Assembly: GCA_040954595.2 (NCBI GenBank)
Contig: CM082588.2
Location: forward strand, 1,678,927 to 1,742,926
Reading direction: 5' to 3'
Length of the DNA stretch: 64,000 nucleotides
Source: Balanoglossus misakiensis
Lineage: Eukaryota; Animalia; Hemichordata
Below are positions 24,501-39,500 of this stretch, piece after piece. Within the stretch, counting starts at the first letter, position 1. The number at the start of each line of letters is the position of its first letter. The notes beneath the pieces are model-generated. The model had not been told where the DNA came from and searched no databases. It saw nothing but the letters and a program-made list of their open reading frames with translations. Position numbers and translations under genes: made by a program.

Positions 24501-27500
24501 ACCATGTCATTGACAATGACTCATATTCTGAGTGGAAAAAAATCTGATCGACATTGGCTCTGCTCGGATTGGTAAAAAAATGTTCGTTTGACCCCTTTGT
24601 GTTTCAGCTGTGAATAACTTGCATGATATTTTGGACGGATTTATATTTGTGTTTTTCAGGGAGGGTTTTACAAAGACAAAGTTGCTGGTTGTTTCGTTAT
24701 GCTATGTTGGTTATTTTTGCCTAAATTAGGTGATGAACTGTATATATCACATTCTGGTTATAATTATGTAACTAAATTTGGTAACTAAAACTCTGCTCAC
24801 ACTGTATAATATCTTACAAATATATGATGACATTACTTAGGAATTGTGTGAATATTTCAAGATGTTTAGGCAAGACTCCCAATTGTACACTTTATAAAAA
24901 TCAGAATGATTATGTATAGTTGGAATTCTAATAGAATATCAATACATCCTACTTTTTAAACAGGTCATCACATACCCAGTGTTCCTCATATATGATTATG
25001 TCTAAACTTCCTAGAATAATAATAAAATAAATGAATTTCCTAGAAAGAACCACTCTTTGACAATTTGTTGATACCTACCTGCATGCATGCATGGAAGTTG
25101 ACCAGGAGACATTTCGACAAAACATTGATCATCAGCATGTATGTGGTTGTTGTGTGTTGGAGGTACAGCTCTCAGTGTGGGTGTTAAAAATTCGTAGACC
25201 ATTTGTAAATGACTGTAGGGTTATTAAGATTTACAATCATGCTCCAGGTATTTCCCTGATATTATCTACCCATTCATATTGTAAAATAGTGTAATTACCA
25301 AAATGGACCGTTGGGGACGGACCGAAGTGGTAGTTACTCACAAATCAGCCATTTTGCATGTCATCATCACAAAATCAATTTAATAATATTTTATTAAGTT
25401 TTGAGATTATTAAACTGTTGGTTTGAATCCTTCAATTGCTAATTTAATAACAAATTTGTCATATCAGGTTATGGTGTTGCTTGTCCTACTCAGATTGCCC
25501 TAAAATTTCCTGGTCATGTCAGAAAACTCCGAGAGGCCCAACTAGGGAAGATCTGAATAAAATGAAGCATTTTCTACTGCATGCATTTTCGTCTTGCGGT
25601 CAATAATTCTGCTTTTAATCTGTAAATTTAGGCATATCTTTTTTGTAAAAAATAAACTCATTATTAAGATGTTTACAGTTAAAATCATAGTAATTTTTTT
25701 TTTTTAATTTTCATAAAGATTTATTTCTCGAGATACGATTTATTTTCAAAGATGTTGTATGTGAAACCTGCTACTTATGTATATTTTTATCGTCATGGTC
25801 AAATACATCTAGATTGCAATTAAACCTTGAAATATAAAAACATCAGTGTCATTATAGTCATAAATTTTTCTTATGTATTTGAAATGGATGTTGTCCCAAA
25901 GGATTTCGGCAATTATAGATCAACTATTAATTTTAGACAAGTACAGACATCAGCATTTCAGAAATACATGTGTACTGCTCACAAATGAAATCAATCTTGA
26001 CATTTGTCAGTATTAAAACAAAACATAAGAAATTCTATTGCATTTTGCGGCAATGTATCTTATATAGGCTGATATTAAATCATGCTTAATATTAAAGCTA
26101 CTTGGCTTTTAGAAAAACTGCTCAGTATTTTACACATGGATTTTACATGTAATTAGGAGATGTGGCTACAATGGGTATCATCATTTAGATACAGGGCCAC
26201 CATGTGTACCTGTCTGTTGTTGATTGGCTGGAGGACAGTAGTACCTTTCAGGTCATTCATTAGTTGAGATAGGGGGTCCCCCCATTGGCTACCATTGAAT
26301 GGTTTGGCTGGAGTTGACTACCTATTTGTGTACAAATCAAGGAAGGGGGGGGGGGGGTAATATTGCTTAGAAAGGGATCTGTTTGCCTTCTGTGTTCTAA
26401 CGTCAAAAGTAATTAATAAATAGATGTGCCAGGGAGAAACCACAATATAATGTAGCTGTTTATTTGACAAAGTTACTTACTTAAAAAAAATTAAGTCTTT
26501 GGTAAATTGTTGTCAAAATTAGCCCATGGTGTACCTTTTTATTAAATTAAATTATTCATGGATGTGGAAAGGGTTACTAGTAGTTGTTCTTAACCAAAGG
26601 TGAGTCATAAAATGGGTCACCAGATTTTTATCCGTGTGAAAAAAAAGTGAACTTTGAAATTTAAGATTGAATGACGTGCATTCTTGATCAATACTTTGTT
26701 CTGCTTTTGCGTAAGAGAGATTGATCGTTCGCCAGGTTCCGTGCAATCCATCAATACATCAATACGCCGTACAGACTTATCTGTATGGATTTACAGTATG
26801 TGGATGGGGTGGCTGGATTGCCCAGCATCTCATCCGCTGTGCGAATGGTGTACCTCTGTGTATTGACAAACTTGGTGTGGCTAAAATGGTAATAATCATG
26901 AAATCTGGCTGGGCATTGGACAATGGTTTACTGTTGTAAGACGTAATGATATCTCTAAGTAAAAAAACTTTGCACTTGGATGTAAAACGGAGAATTAAAT
27001 AACTATGGCCAATTGAAAGAAGTGTAAGTCCTTGACAGAGGTTGAATATGTCAGACATTTTGACCCAGTGGAAAAATATGAACTCAAATTTTGATTAAAA
27101 TTATTGTGAAATTCTGATTCTGTATTCAAATCATTCATGCAATGACAAAATGTTGATAGACACTTGTCAAATTCTAGTGAATCATATCAGGTCATGAACT
27201 TTGTGAAGCCCCTGAATAGCCAAGCTGTTAACACATACATGACTGTAGTGTGCTTGTATGAATGTATAAAATATTCTCACAACTGTTACATACTTTGAAT
27301 GCTATACTTTAGGCAGAATTTTACTTCAGAAAAGTGACAGTGTACTAATTAATAGCAATTGCATGAAGTGCTCTTATAAACCCAATTTGTTATTTCGATA
27401 TTTCCAGCACATCCTGGGTTTATGTTCCTAGTAAAATAAAAATTAATGCATTTGATGTTTCATTGGATATCTCACTGAAACTGCACTGTTCTTTGTTTGT

Positions 27501-30500
27501 GATGACATGACCAACATATTTCAATTAATTGTAGAAAACATTAGGTAATTTCAAATTCTAACTGCGTTGAAATAGCGCCCCCACGGCTGCACAGTAGAAT
27601 GACAAGCTATTAGTTTAACACAATAAGATGTGGCTCTGTTAGCAGAAAATTTAGTATTTGTAAAATGAATCTCAAAGGATCAATTTATCATTAATTTCAT
27701 GTTAATATCACTGATCATGAATATTATGTTTAAATCAATGGCCAAAGAAGACGAGATAGTCTGTAGTTTTTCGCAATTTGTCAGTTGAGTCCTAATGTGA
27801 AAAAAAAACTCTCTAGAATGTGGGTCATGTACATGCATAGAATGTTACCTCTCTTGAGATGCTTGTTCAGTTTAATGGACTTGTATCAATACAAATGGAC
27901 AAGTTTGGTTGCTTTACCCATGTCAATACAATGTCCAAGATTTTAATTATTAATGGTTATTATTGTACTCTGTATGAAGTGAACGTAAAAGTTGCTTTCA
28001 ATCGCAGTAACTACAAGGGGCTCTAGGTAGGTACTGACCTTGTGTTAGTATTATGCATACTATTTTTCATTTTCTAAAAGCCATCCAATTTTCAATCTTA
28101 CTGGTTCAAAGTCTATTGACAGTCTCTCTCAGTGACCTGAAATGTAAGAAACTAGAAGTTGAGGATGATTAAAAAACTTCTTCAACTATGGAACATTTTT
28201 ATCATTTTCAGTACGTGAAGAGTTACAAATTATTGCCGGAAAAAATACACTGCTGTTTTTGAGGGAACTGACTTTGAAACATGATGAATACAGATGTGTT
28301 TTCACTAGAGATTGGGTGGTCCTTCTGAAACCATTTAAAAATTCCCTGAGACAGAATCACTGTCTAACAACCAATTGAAATAATGTGTCTGTTGTCATGG
28401 TTACAAAAGGATGACATCTGTCGAATTTATGAAATTATTTCCAGTGTATTGTAAGTAACCTCATTTCTTCTGGCTGATAATTTTCTCCTATTGATCAGAC
28501 AGTACTTCAGAGATGTTCCTACGCACGGTTTTGATTCAATCATTCCTTTACCAGTTAGTCCAGGTGTTTCACAAACTCTCGAGTGTAAAATGATGTTTGA
28601 TCATGTTTTTCTCTTTTCTTCTCATCCCCCAAAAGCATCATAATGTCTAAATATAATCCGTTTCACCAGAACGACATTAAAAGCACATTGAACTTGTTAT
28701 GAGAGTAAGTTCTTTTATTTTAATACTCTTTCAAAGGGATGGAATTGATTCCTATTCTCTCTCCGTAGCAGTACTAAGCGTTAAGAATCAAGGTACGTTG
28801 AATATTTGAAGACACATCATTCCAAATGAGATAGTCAAGGTCTGTTGCACATGGATCTCTATAGAGTGGATTGACATGTAAGACCCTAAGAATCTTGACA
28901 TCCAACCTGATGAGGCATCTAAATATGGACTACATCCTCTATATCATCTATTTATAGAAAAAGTAAAACAGTACAGATTACTGAATTTCTGTCTGACATT
29001 TCGTTTGAAACAGGAAAGTGACCTGTGTGCACTTATCATAAAGGTTTGATTGTGGTTGTAATATGCAAATATTTTGAGAGTGAACATCAAGTACTTGTAT
29101 ATAGATTCCGCAAAATCCAGTAGTTGCCTACTTTACATGTATACATGTACCATTATAATGGAACCATTGTTGACGTCCCTTGTTTTTGAAGCACAGTAAA
29201 TATTGGCTAACCTAGGGCAAGCTATAATAAGATTCAGTCATCTGCACTTTGTGTTCATGCTCATCTGATCCATCAAACAGAAGCAGCGTCCATTTTGCAG
29301 CTATTTTACATGCATAGTTATTATGCATAATTATTTTCTTTTTTACATGAACAAGAGTGTAAGCTTTTGTTTTAATTTTATTGAAGAAGAAGGTATATTG
29401 AGATCATTGAGAGTAACCAAGGATCTAGTATTTAAACACAGTTTAGAATGAAAATGCCGTGGGTGAAAGAGACATTATCATAAACCAGTGCTGTCCACCT
29501 GTCACTGTCTGTATATGTTGATGTGATAGTCTTGCATGACACGAATAAAACTGGAAAATAGGCTAGGTATTTTGATATTTCTTCCGCTATATTGATGATT
29601 AGGACTTGATCTAGAGATTATTTTTAATATTGACAATTTGCTGAGTTGAATGCTGTGCCTTATGTGAGGAATTTTTAATTCTGAAATTGTTATGCCATAA
29701 AAGTGTCACTGAAAATCATAAACTAAAACATGGATGTCAAAAGTATCAAATCACAATTTGATGATAAAATCCACCTTCATAAAGTATCTATTGATTTGAA
29801 ATGCATAGCTGAGATTTTGTATTGTTAGGTAAATGAATATATTATTTACACAAACATACAAATGCACACAGTATTAATCAATGAAATCAGCTGGATTTCA
29901 GTAAATGATGATCAATATAATTAAAAAAAGCTTGGTGTAGACCTTGGAACGGTGTCTTGATTATTGCTGTACTATAGGTGTGTTGGAGTGTGCAAACTCC
30001 CTGGATGAGCCCCTTACAGCATTGATTGTATTCGAGCATATTTAAATAGGTGATGTCAAAGTGTGCCAGGTCTTGACGACATTCACTTTACAACCAGAGG
30101 TGCGTTTGCTTCTTCATTTGACACCTTGCATCCATTCAGTCGGACTAAAAATAGAATCTCTCGTGGCTAACTCCATTTCTTTCCGTAAACACTGTTGTCT
30201 TTGGTTTATTCGGACAATTCCTGGCTGTTTCAAGATTACATATCTGGTCAAGAAGGACTATTACTAACAGCTTCTAACCTTTGCTCTGAAACGATTATAC
30301 CGGTAAACCCATGCCTACTTCAGAATAAATAAATTAATAATCAAATCTTAAATTCTTCAATCAATGTATGTTATTTCTCTTTAATCACCAGATTAAAATT
30401 GACTCATTTTCAAGTCAATCATTTATTTCAGCAGAAATGTCTACTTTCATTGATTACACACATGTACACACACGCACACACATACCGGTACATGCATTTA

Positions 30501-33500
30501 CACTTTCAAATGATAGTTGGTAGCCAGGCAGCTCTTGAAATAATTTTTCATTTCACTATTTTTGTGATATTATTGAGAGAAGGAGGAGGAAACCCTGGTA
30601 CACTGTTCTGTTAGTACATTTGTGACAAGTGACTAGTTTCCAACCTGCAGTGGTTATCACAGGTTTATTGATTAACTCCATTGGGAACAACAGTGCAATG
30701 TATTAATGCAAATAGCCAGGCAACATCATGTCACAGACTGAACGTGGGCGGATCACGTGTATCCAAGCTGCACATTTGGCTTCCTTAGCTTACTGATATG
30801 TCTTATCTTTTAATGGACCAATTAGATGATACTAGAGCCCTCTATCTTCCTAAGTTTTAGTTATGTGTTGAACAAAACATTGAGAATTGTTTATTCATGA
30901 TTTCTTCGTTCACTCATTGATATTGTTGATAAAAAAACCCTGAGTGGTCTCTGTTGATTGTAATTCATACTGAAAGACAAGCTTCTTAAGGTCATTGACT
31001 TAAAATTAAAACTACATGCTCAGTACTGTTTCAGAATGTTGAAAAGGAACACAGAATTTGCATTTCAATTTCATTCCAGCTAGTCACGTTCTCCAAATCC
31101 AAAATCTTCCAAATATTCATATGTCAGTCAGACATGAAAATAATTTTTAACAATAGCAATGTTGATTAATATATGCATGCACTCATATGCTTGGTTGAGA
31201 AAGTAAATACTGGGCCATAGCCCATTTAATTGTGCTCCGGGGAGCCAAACCCAAAACCATGGTTACTACATGTACACAGAACAAAAATTTGAAAAAATAG
31301 TCGAAATTACAGATAGTGGAGCTTTAACAAAAACACTGAATGACACCAGATAAGACTGAATTTTTTTTATCATGAAGTTATGCTGTATTGTTCTAGGTGG
31401 GTCATACAATAATATCTAGGTTACCAAGGGTCATTGTACTATGCATTTATATGTGTGGGAGTCATTTCCTTGTGAATCAATTAATCCACGCCTCAATAAC
31501 CTAACCTATATAGTCTAATGAATGTTCTTTACTTCTCATTATAGTCGGTGGAAATATCAATTATCAAATTTCATCCAAAGAAACCACATGTTAGGCTGAA
31601 ACCAACACTGTGTATTCACCAATCACAGCACAAACAAGGAGATCATGCATATTTGAATGGGTAATTATTGAATAATTAGTATGCGATTGTCATTTGGGCA
31701 ATTAAGAGTGGATTCTCCGCTTCATTAAACTGAACGGAATATGATAGTATAGTTATGTAACATAGAATAATAGATTCTCACACCCCCAAGGACCTGGGAT
31801 AATATTTCTCAAACGAGTTGAGGATATTTTGTCTTGCATGAGCAGCAGGTGAGTGTAAGACAAAATATCCCCAACAAGTGTGAGGAATCTCATCACCAGG
31901 TCCTTTGTGTGTGAGATTCTTTGTCTCACTTGACCACAAAATGCTATTGATGTGAAAATAAAAATTCATGTTTATCTTCGGAGAACATATAATTCTTACT
32001 TTCAGACTTTTTAAATCAACCTTTACTACACTGGCAGTTGTCACTGCTCGGAACTCTTGATGTACAGTTATAAAGACCAATCAACGTCATTATTCCAGTC
32101 AATGAATTCATGGATTGTACATCTATGGCAAATGAAGGCTAATGAGATGATGGCCTGATTAATTACAAATTTGTAAATGAGTAGTTGCAATGTATGACTC
32201 TAGTGAACCACACGGAATCATTTTGTTTGTTCAAAGAGTCAAATGTTGGTTCATCCAAGCTTGAAGCTGTTCAGTGAAAACTAAGCTTATCTGGGTCATG
32301 TAGTTTGACATTGGCACTCTCATATTAAGCCAAGCATGGGCAGTTTTAATTATTCATCGAGGAAATATTGCAAATGACACACCACCGCAAAGGGTTGTCT
32401 TTCATCTGCTATATTGCGAACCCCACACCAGTGTATATGAATGTCTTCTTGAGAGAATGGTTTGTCTTAAAAATACACATGTATATAAGTAGTGGATTTA
32501 GTAATGGGCACTTAAGATAATAGCATTAGAGCCCTGCAGATGGTGTTAAGTGACAATTCATGTTGTACCACAAAGAAAGAAGAAAGACCACACAATCTTC
32601 AGACCGAGAACGAAATAAAAACTAAATCCGGTTTTACTTTAATGGGACACAGTTACCTAGGGAGTTACCGTCAAAGGTTTAACGTTCAAGTGAATTTTTG
32701 TCAGACTCATCTCATTGACTGTTTATGTCAGTGATTTTGTGGAATTGGCCAGGCTGTTACTTTCTTTTATAATCCACATAGCAATTAAGTGTTTTAATTA
32801 AACCAAAGGAAAGCACCTTATCACAGTGTGGATATGGTGTTTGTGGCAACAAGACACAGTGACTAAAAGAAGTACATGTATTTGTATTAGAGAATGTATA
32901 TATAGAGAGAGTTCATCAAATCCATTAAATAGAAATGAGTGACTTGTGTCATTGCCGCAGCCTTCTTGCTTAAGTAGAATTGGAACTTTTCCAAATGGAT
33001 ATGTTTCTTCATTTGAGCAGGAAGCACTTTCATCATGGACATGACTCTTTGATTCGAAGCTCTGTAGTTGAGAAAAGGGCTTATAAAGTCATAAATATAG
33101 TAATGTTCATTGCATTTTTTTACACCGCCTATTAAGTGTTTTTATGTAAATCATGATTTGTTGATTTCTTTCAAATTTCAACATGTCCACAAGTTTATCA
33201 ACAAGAATACAATACTTTCCTTAATAAGAACGCTTCAGATTTGGTCAACCAGGTGTTGATTGTCATGTGAGGCATGATGAAGATATAGCTGTTCTACAAC
33301 TTATATTCCTTGTAAATGAGGTAAGGAAATCATTTTGAAGTTTCAGACCTCAGTCTGTGGTTCTTGCATTCGCATTGTCAGTCTTTTGCTTTCTCTTGAT
33401 GCTTCGTCTTGTACAGTTATCTATCTATGTGATGATTTATTCACTTTTGGTGCTATCTGAATTCCACCACAGGGTGCTTTAGTAAGTGTGTGTGCAGATG

Positions 33501-36500
33501 ACAGTCTTCATTTGTGGAATTTGAGACAGAAGAGGCCAGCAATACTGCATTCACTCAAGTTTAATAGGGAAAGGTAGGTTGACAGCAGATGATGTACTGT
33601 GAAACGGGCTATTTTCACGACAGGAATTTTTCGCAATATCAAAAGAGGCAACTGTTACGCAAGGATTAATTTTTGCGTTCTCTTATTTCATTTACTGCCT
33701 GAAAGTTCTTAGTTTGATAGAAACATCCAACTGACTTGTATGTTTTGTTTGTCATTTTTTTCAGAATTACCTTTTGCCACTTGCCATTTCAGAGTAAATG
33801 GTTGTACATAGGAACAGAAAGAGGAAATATTCACGTAGTTAACATAGAGTGCTTCATTCTATCAGGTTACGTTATAAATTGGAATAAAGCTATAGAACTG
33901 TAAGTATTGAAATATTTGTGAAATATGAAATAAAAAAATCTTTAAAATCAGATTTCATTTTAGTTGCTCCATCTGTGAAAGATTATCATAAATGATGTAT
34001 TTCATAATTTCTTATAAGTATGAAATAATTATGAATTATAATTTTGCATTGGCAGATCCAGAAAGACACATCCTGGTCCAGTGGTTCATCTCAGTGATAA
34101 TCCCCTTGATCCTAATAAGGTAATCTTGATGTTTAAATGATATCTACAAGAACCAACCATTGCTGATAATGACATGATTAAATCTTAGTATCACCAGCTG
34201 TGTTCAACCATTATGCCTGTCTGTTCAGTTCAGAAGGATTTCTGCATTTGTGCATTCAACTAAGTCTGTTCAATTTATTGACTGGCAGTGGCAACATCGG
34301 TGCTAGGCAAAAAGGGTCATTCCGTCTGTAGAATATAGGGTTTATGTGTCATTTTGATCAGTCCATGAACACAGCCATCCCTCCCAATGTCTGTCTCTGC
34401 ACCATCTCTTCATCTCCTTTGTAAATGTTATCAATTGTTACAAGACAAAGAAAAGATTCCAATATTTTTTTCGAAACTAATGAATGAAGAGAAAGTAATA
34501 TGAGCGAATTCATTGCTTATTGTGTAATTGATTTTGGAGTTTATTCTGGACCATCCAATGTGCTAAGATAATACTCAAGTTTATGGAGTATAAACACTAA
34601 TTTCCTGCAATGTTATAAATAAGAAAATATATAAAGGTAGATTCTAATTAAAATATACAAAGTTAATTCAAGTGAAATACTGTTGTGCAAAGTAAACATT
34701 CATGTTTATCAAGATAAACACTTAATAGAGTTAAATATCAAAATTTATGAAACAATTGTTAACAATGAACTAAAAATCTTTATTCTATTCTGGGATTCTA
34801 ATTCAAAACTAAAGAATTAAGTTAGAAAGAAGCATCTAAAGAATTTTGAAGTCAAGGCTTTTGTGAACTGATTTCTCATGCGGCCATTTTGTAAAACGCC
34901 CAAGCCTGGAACTACTTTCATCTGCCGTGTTGTTAACACCATCTTTGCCTTATCACACTGGCCATCCAACACTGCTCAGTAACATAGTCCTGTGGAACGT
35001 GGCATTCTTGTGCAGTCCAAGATTTCAATTCATTTGCAAGGTTTTCGAGGCACGATTTTCAGAAAATGACAAAACCCTACAACAAACATAACTCTTTACA
35101 ATGATTTTGTCTGGACATGTAATAACACATCAGCCGTCTGTGGAGGGCATATGTTCACCTGTTCTAGGGCTATCAATGGCACATTCAGTTCAGTATATAC
35201 ACGTGTATTATCATTTATTTGTCCAGATTGTGTCACCCTGTTAGGTGATTTAAAAAGAACATTTTAACCAAAAAGGAAGAGAATAACATGTCACATTTTA
35301 GACTTAAAAGTCAACAAGAACATAAGGTATTATTTACAATAGTAGTTTCCATAAATTATGATGAATCGAATCAATACACAAGGTACAGGTATAAACTTTA
35401 ATACTCAGTTTGATGTAGGTCACTTGTAGGGAATGGTGTTCGTGTATTGACCTGTCAACCATCTGTGTCGGGGCAAACACAGGTTAATTGAGGTGAATGC
35501 ACAAGTATTAGTGTGAGATGTCAGGATTTTTTTCATTAACAGGTGAACAAAAGCACTTTTCATGTGTATATTTTGTGTAGTGTTGTTCTCAGGTTTAGAC
35601 TGTTTGTTGGTGAAATTGTCTGACAAGTATTCAGGGAGAACAAATAATTGTATGTTTTCTTTGTGAAAGGTGTGACATGTACCATCTGGTCTGTGTGTCT
35701 CTACATTAGCTGCTCAATGCAATATGGCCTTGAAGTTTTATCTGAGTGTGTAGAGAGATGATTCTAAAACTATTTTTTTATTTGAGTCTCACTGAGGAGG
35801 AAATAAAGAGTGTTAAATTATTGTCAGAAATATAAACAGTAAAGCAAACTACATGGTCAGTGTCTAAAAGTATTTTATTTACATGGCGATCTGAATGTAT
35901 AGAAATTGCCGGTGAGCTACCATATGGTGGCTTACATACCAAAACATTAAGGTAATGAATATATTCAGCTATACACGAAAGGATTTGCTGAGTGTCCTAG
36001 GTTTGTTTTTACTTGAAGTTTATTGGATTTGCTCGAAGGGTTTAGGCAGGATAACTTTGAAATGTTAATAGAGTATGGACATGATGGCTTTGGATGAGCA
36101 GATAGGTTGATGATGAGTACATGATTTCCCTGAGAATAAACATGGTCTTGGGAGATGGAACCATAAAGAAATCTTTCCCTCAGTCCAAATCTTATATGAT
36201 GAGACAGATTACAGGTGCTTACAGCAAGTTGAGAGGTTTTTTGATTGGGTGATTTTGAAGTGCTGATGAGGCAGTTCAATATATTCACTTTGAAGCCTAC
36301 TGACACCAGCTGTGGTCACATCTGCAATAAATGACCATCTTTCATACTTAATTTCTGCTCTGTATATTTCCATCCAGCTAATTATATTGGCTCTCAATAT
36401 CACATCAAATGATGAAGTTATCAATCATGCTGGTATTAATTGTGTAGTTTTTGGCTTTTTCTGTAATCATTAATCAGTCAATTCCTAATAAATAGATTTA

Positions 36501-39500
36501 CAGTTATCAATTTACTATGATTTTGATGAGAGATGTGGTTGATATTTGTGATTTTTCTGCAATGACTAATTGATTGTTTTGGCATTGACTGTACAGCCGG
36601 TCAATGTGAAACCATGTTTCACTGCAACCACCAACCAGGTGGCCAGTATAGACTGGTTCAACTGTATTAATTAATAGTTTAGTTTTACACTATCACATCT
36701 CGCAAAATGTTTTGCAAAGAACGTCATTATACATGTAGTATTCTTACGTTTATTCTTCTTCTTACAGTTATTAATTGGTTTCGAATCAGGGGCAATAGTA
36801 TTATGGGATTTACGGACCAAAGCTGCAGAGTACAGATACAGTTGTCCAGCCCCTGTCAGGTCAATTGCTTGGAGCTGTGAAGGCAAACAATTTATATGCA
36901 GTCAAACAGATGGGAGCCTGACCCTATGGAACATGAAAAATCCAAATAAGCCATTAAATATTATGTACCCCCATGGTAAGTATAGCAACTCAGATGATCT
37001 GTACATCTGGCATGTTACCAGTAATTCATTTCCTAGATCCTATTGGCCACAATGGCCTGTTGCTCGAGAGATTTAGGTGTGACTTGCAGGGGTGTTTCAA
37101 GATTCCTGTCACGTTGACTGAAACCTCAAGTCAGTAACACTTGTCCATCTCCTTCATTGCAGCAAAGCCCCCCATCATGAAAGGAGCCAGACCGGATCCA
37201 TGTGCACCCATCCATAAAGTAGAATGGAAGTCTTGCAAAGGAGCGTAAGTACATTATCCTTCAAGACTACTCCCTACTTATTACCCCCACACTTCCTTAC
37301 CTCCATATTCATCTACCAAATGTATACCTAATGGTGGATAGGAAACAGGGTGCCATCTAAGCTCATAGTGATGCACAATAATTATCCACAATAGATGCAT
37401 ATGAAGTGGAAAAGTACGCATTGCCATATTTACATCGATTCTTGACTTGTGTGTTGTGATTTACAGGGAGCCATACATCATCTTTTCTGGTGGCTTAACC
37501 TATGACAAGGCAGCCAAGCAGCCAAGTTTGACCATCATGCAGGGTAAGAACACAACAGTGTTGGAAATGGAGCATCCTATTATGGACTTCCTGTGTCTGT
37601 GTGAAACACCATGGCCAAGTGGTAAGTGTTACTGGGATTAGTGTTCGGAGATGTGACTGTTACACTGTGGTAAATATCAGTGATGTATGCATCCTATCTA
37701 TAACCTTCACTCTGGGTTTCACCCAATGATTGATGGAACAGTCATAACCCATCTATCTCATGAAATGTCTGCTCTGCATGAATAATAAAATTGAAGGCAG
37801 TATTGGCACTCTGTCTGTAACAGGCGCTCCTTGTTTGTTATTGTAGCGACACAAAAACATAGTTTGCTTTAACAAAGCGAAACCGAAGAGAACAAGACTT
37901 TAATCTGGCAACATGTGCGAATTATGATGTGTCCGATTTATTGTTGCAGATATCCAGGAACCCTATGCTATCATCGTGCTGCTAGAGAATGATATGGTGG
38001 TCGTGGATCTGCAGTCTCCAGGGTAACCACATCTTTTGTTGGCTGACTCTAAAACCTGTCAATCGAATTTGAAAGCCAGGATTGTTTTGTTGCGTGCTTT
38101 TGCAGTGTTGTTGATCGGAAAGTTCATCCACACCATCTGTTACATTCTGTCTCTTCAGGGAAGTCATATACTCCCTGTGATGCATTTATGTACAGTAACT
38201 GTATTTTTCATAGTGTGTGATTGAGAACAAAACAGTGGAGGAGGAAACTGTGACAGTCTGATGAAAGCAAAACAAGACAGACAGACAGGCACTGATGTGA
38301 TACTTCTATTGATCATGTTTCAGATTTCCGTGCTTTGAGAATCCATACCCTATGGATCTTCATGAGTCGCCTGTCACTTGTGTTCAATATTATGCTGACT
38401 GTCCACCAGATATCATCCCAGCGTTCTACTCTGTGGGATCAAGCAGTCAACAGAAGAAAAGACAAGGCTACAGTAAAAAGGTGGACTGATTACTCATCCA
38501 GAAATAAAACAGATTCAAATGATAAAATGTGTATAATAAGCATGGCTGTGTCTTTTTTCAGAGCATGAGAAATGCTCCAAAATGACGGAATATTATACAG
38601 AATTGTTGAAGGGTGGAGAATACAGGCAATCATATTTGCCAGTTAAACACCTAGTGTAGATCTCCTATATTGACATTCCATGTGCTTAAAATGCAATCAT
38701 GGTACATGTACCTTGTAAAGAATAATTTCTTTTCAAATTTGAACTGTAAGTGAGAGTTTGTATGCATTGCGGCATGTAACATGTGCCACTAGGGTTCCAA
38801 TAATAAGTCTAACATCGAACACTTAATAAGACATTAAATCAGCCGAAACTGACTTGATATACCACAGTCCCTGGTGGATGTGAAGCAGAGAGTCCAGTCC
38901 CTGATTTGCTTGCGTGGAACGTAGAACTATAATTGTCATGAGAGTTGACTGTTTGGTTAACTCATAATGGTCAGTGATCAGTGATTTACATGTGTTCTTT
39001 GTTCTGACTTCAGGAATGGCCGGTGAAAGGTGGTGAATGGGGCAGTGGAGGTAACAGCTATCCAGAAATTATCATTACTGGGTAAGTGAGAGGTTATGAA
39101 TGAGAAAGAAAAGAGGTTATGATCTAGCCAAGATGGTGTGAAATGTATGTAACTGGCAGTTTGTCAGATACATTTCTGTGTTAAATGTCACTAAGTTAAT
39201 ATAGATGTTGGTGGAGGAAAATTTGTTGAAACTCACTAAGTATGCTGGCCACATTCAGCCTAAATCTCTGATGACATGTGAGTGATCCTGTGACTCAGTC
39301 AGCATTGATGATAAGTTTTTTTGCAGAGCTGTGGTCTTGCTGTAAACCCTGACCCTGGCTAAGCCTGCTTGATTCCTGTAAGAATTCACACAGTATTCCC
39401 TGAAGATTCCAGTTACAAGTTCACTCAGAATTTGGCGTGTAATAACAAGGAGACTATTCAAGAATTATTAATCAGATAACTTTATATACTTTTACAGACA

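Larger units (their letters stand above)
15845..33238 (+). other. U12-type (minor spliceosome) GT-AG intron, tomosyn intron 2, 17394 bp
   Basis: 5' splice site GTATCCTT. Branch-site-like TTCCTTAAT at 33217-33225, 13 nt from the intron end, with no polypyrimidine tract before the AG. Confidence 0.88.

Noticed and set aside
26195-26270. GCCACCATG Kozak context with a possible phase-2 donor (alternative first exon)
   Set aside because: The donor GTCATT is weak, the peptide is uninformative and there is no other support.
26684-27058. Patch with ORFs open in several frames inside intron 2 (nested gene?)
   Set aside because: No recognisable protein similarity or consistent splice structure.
35965-36424. 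Two overlapping minus-strand ORFs in tomosyn intron 6
   Set aside because: No domain motif is recognisable. It may be a decayed repeat but I cannot support that.
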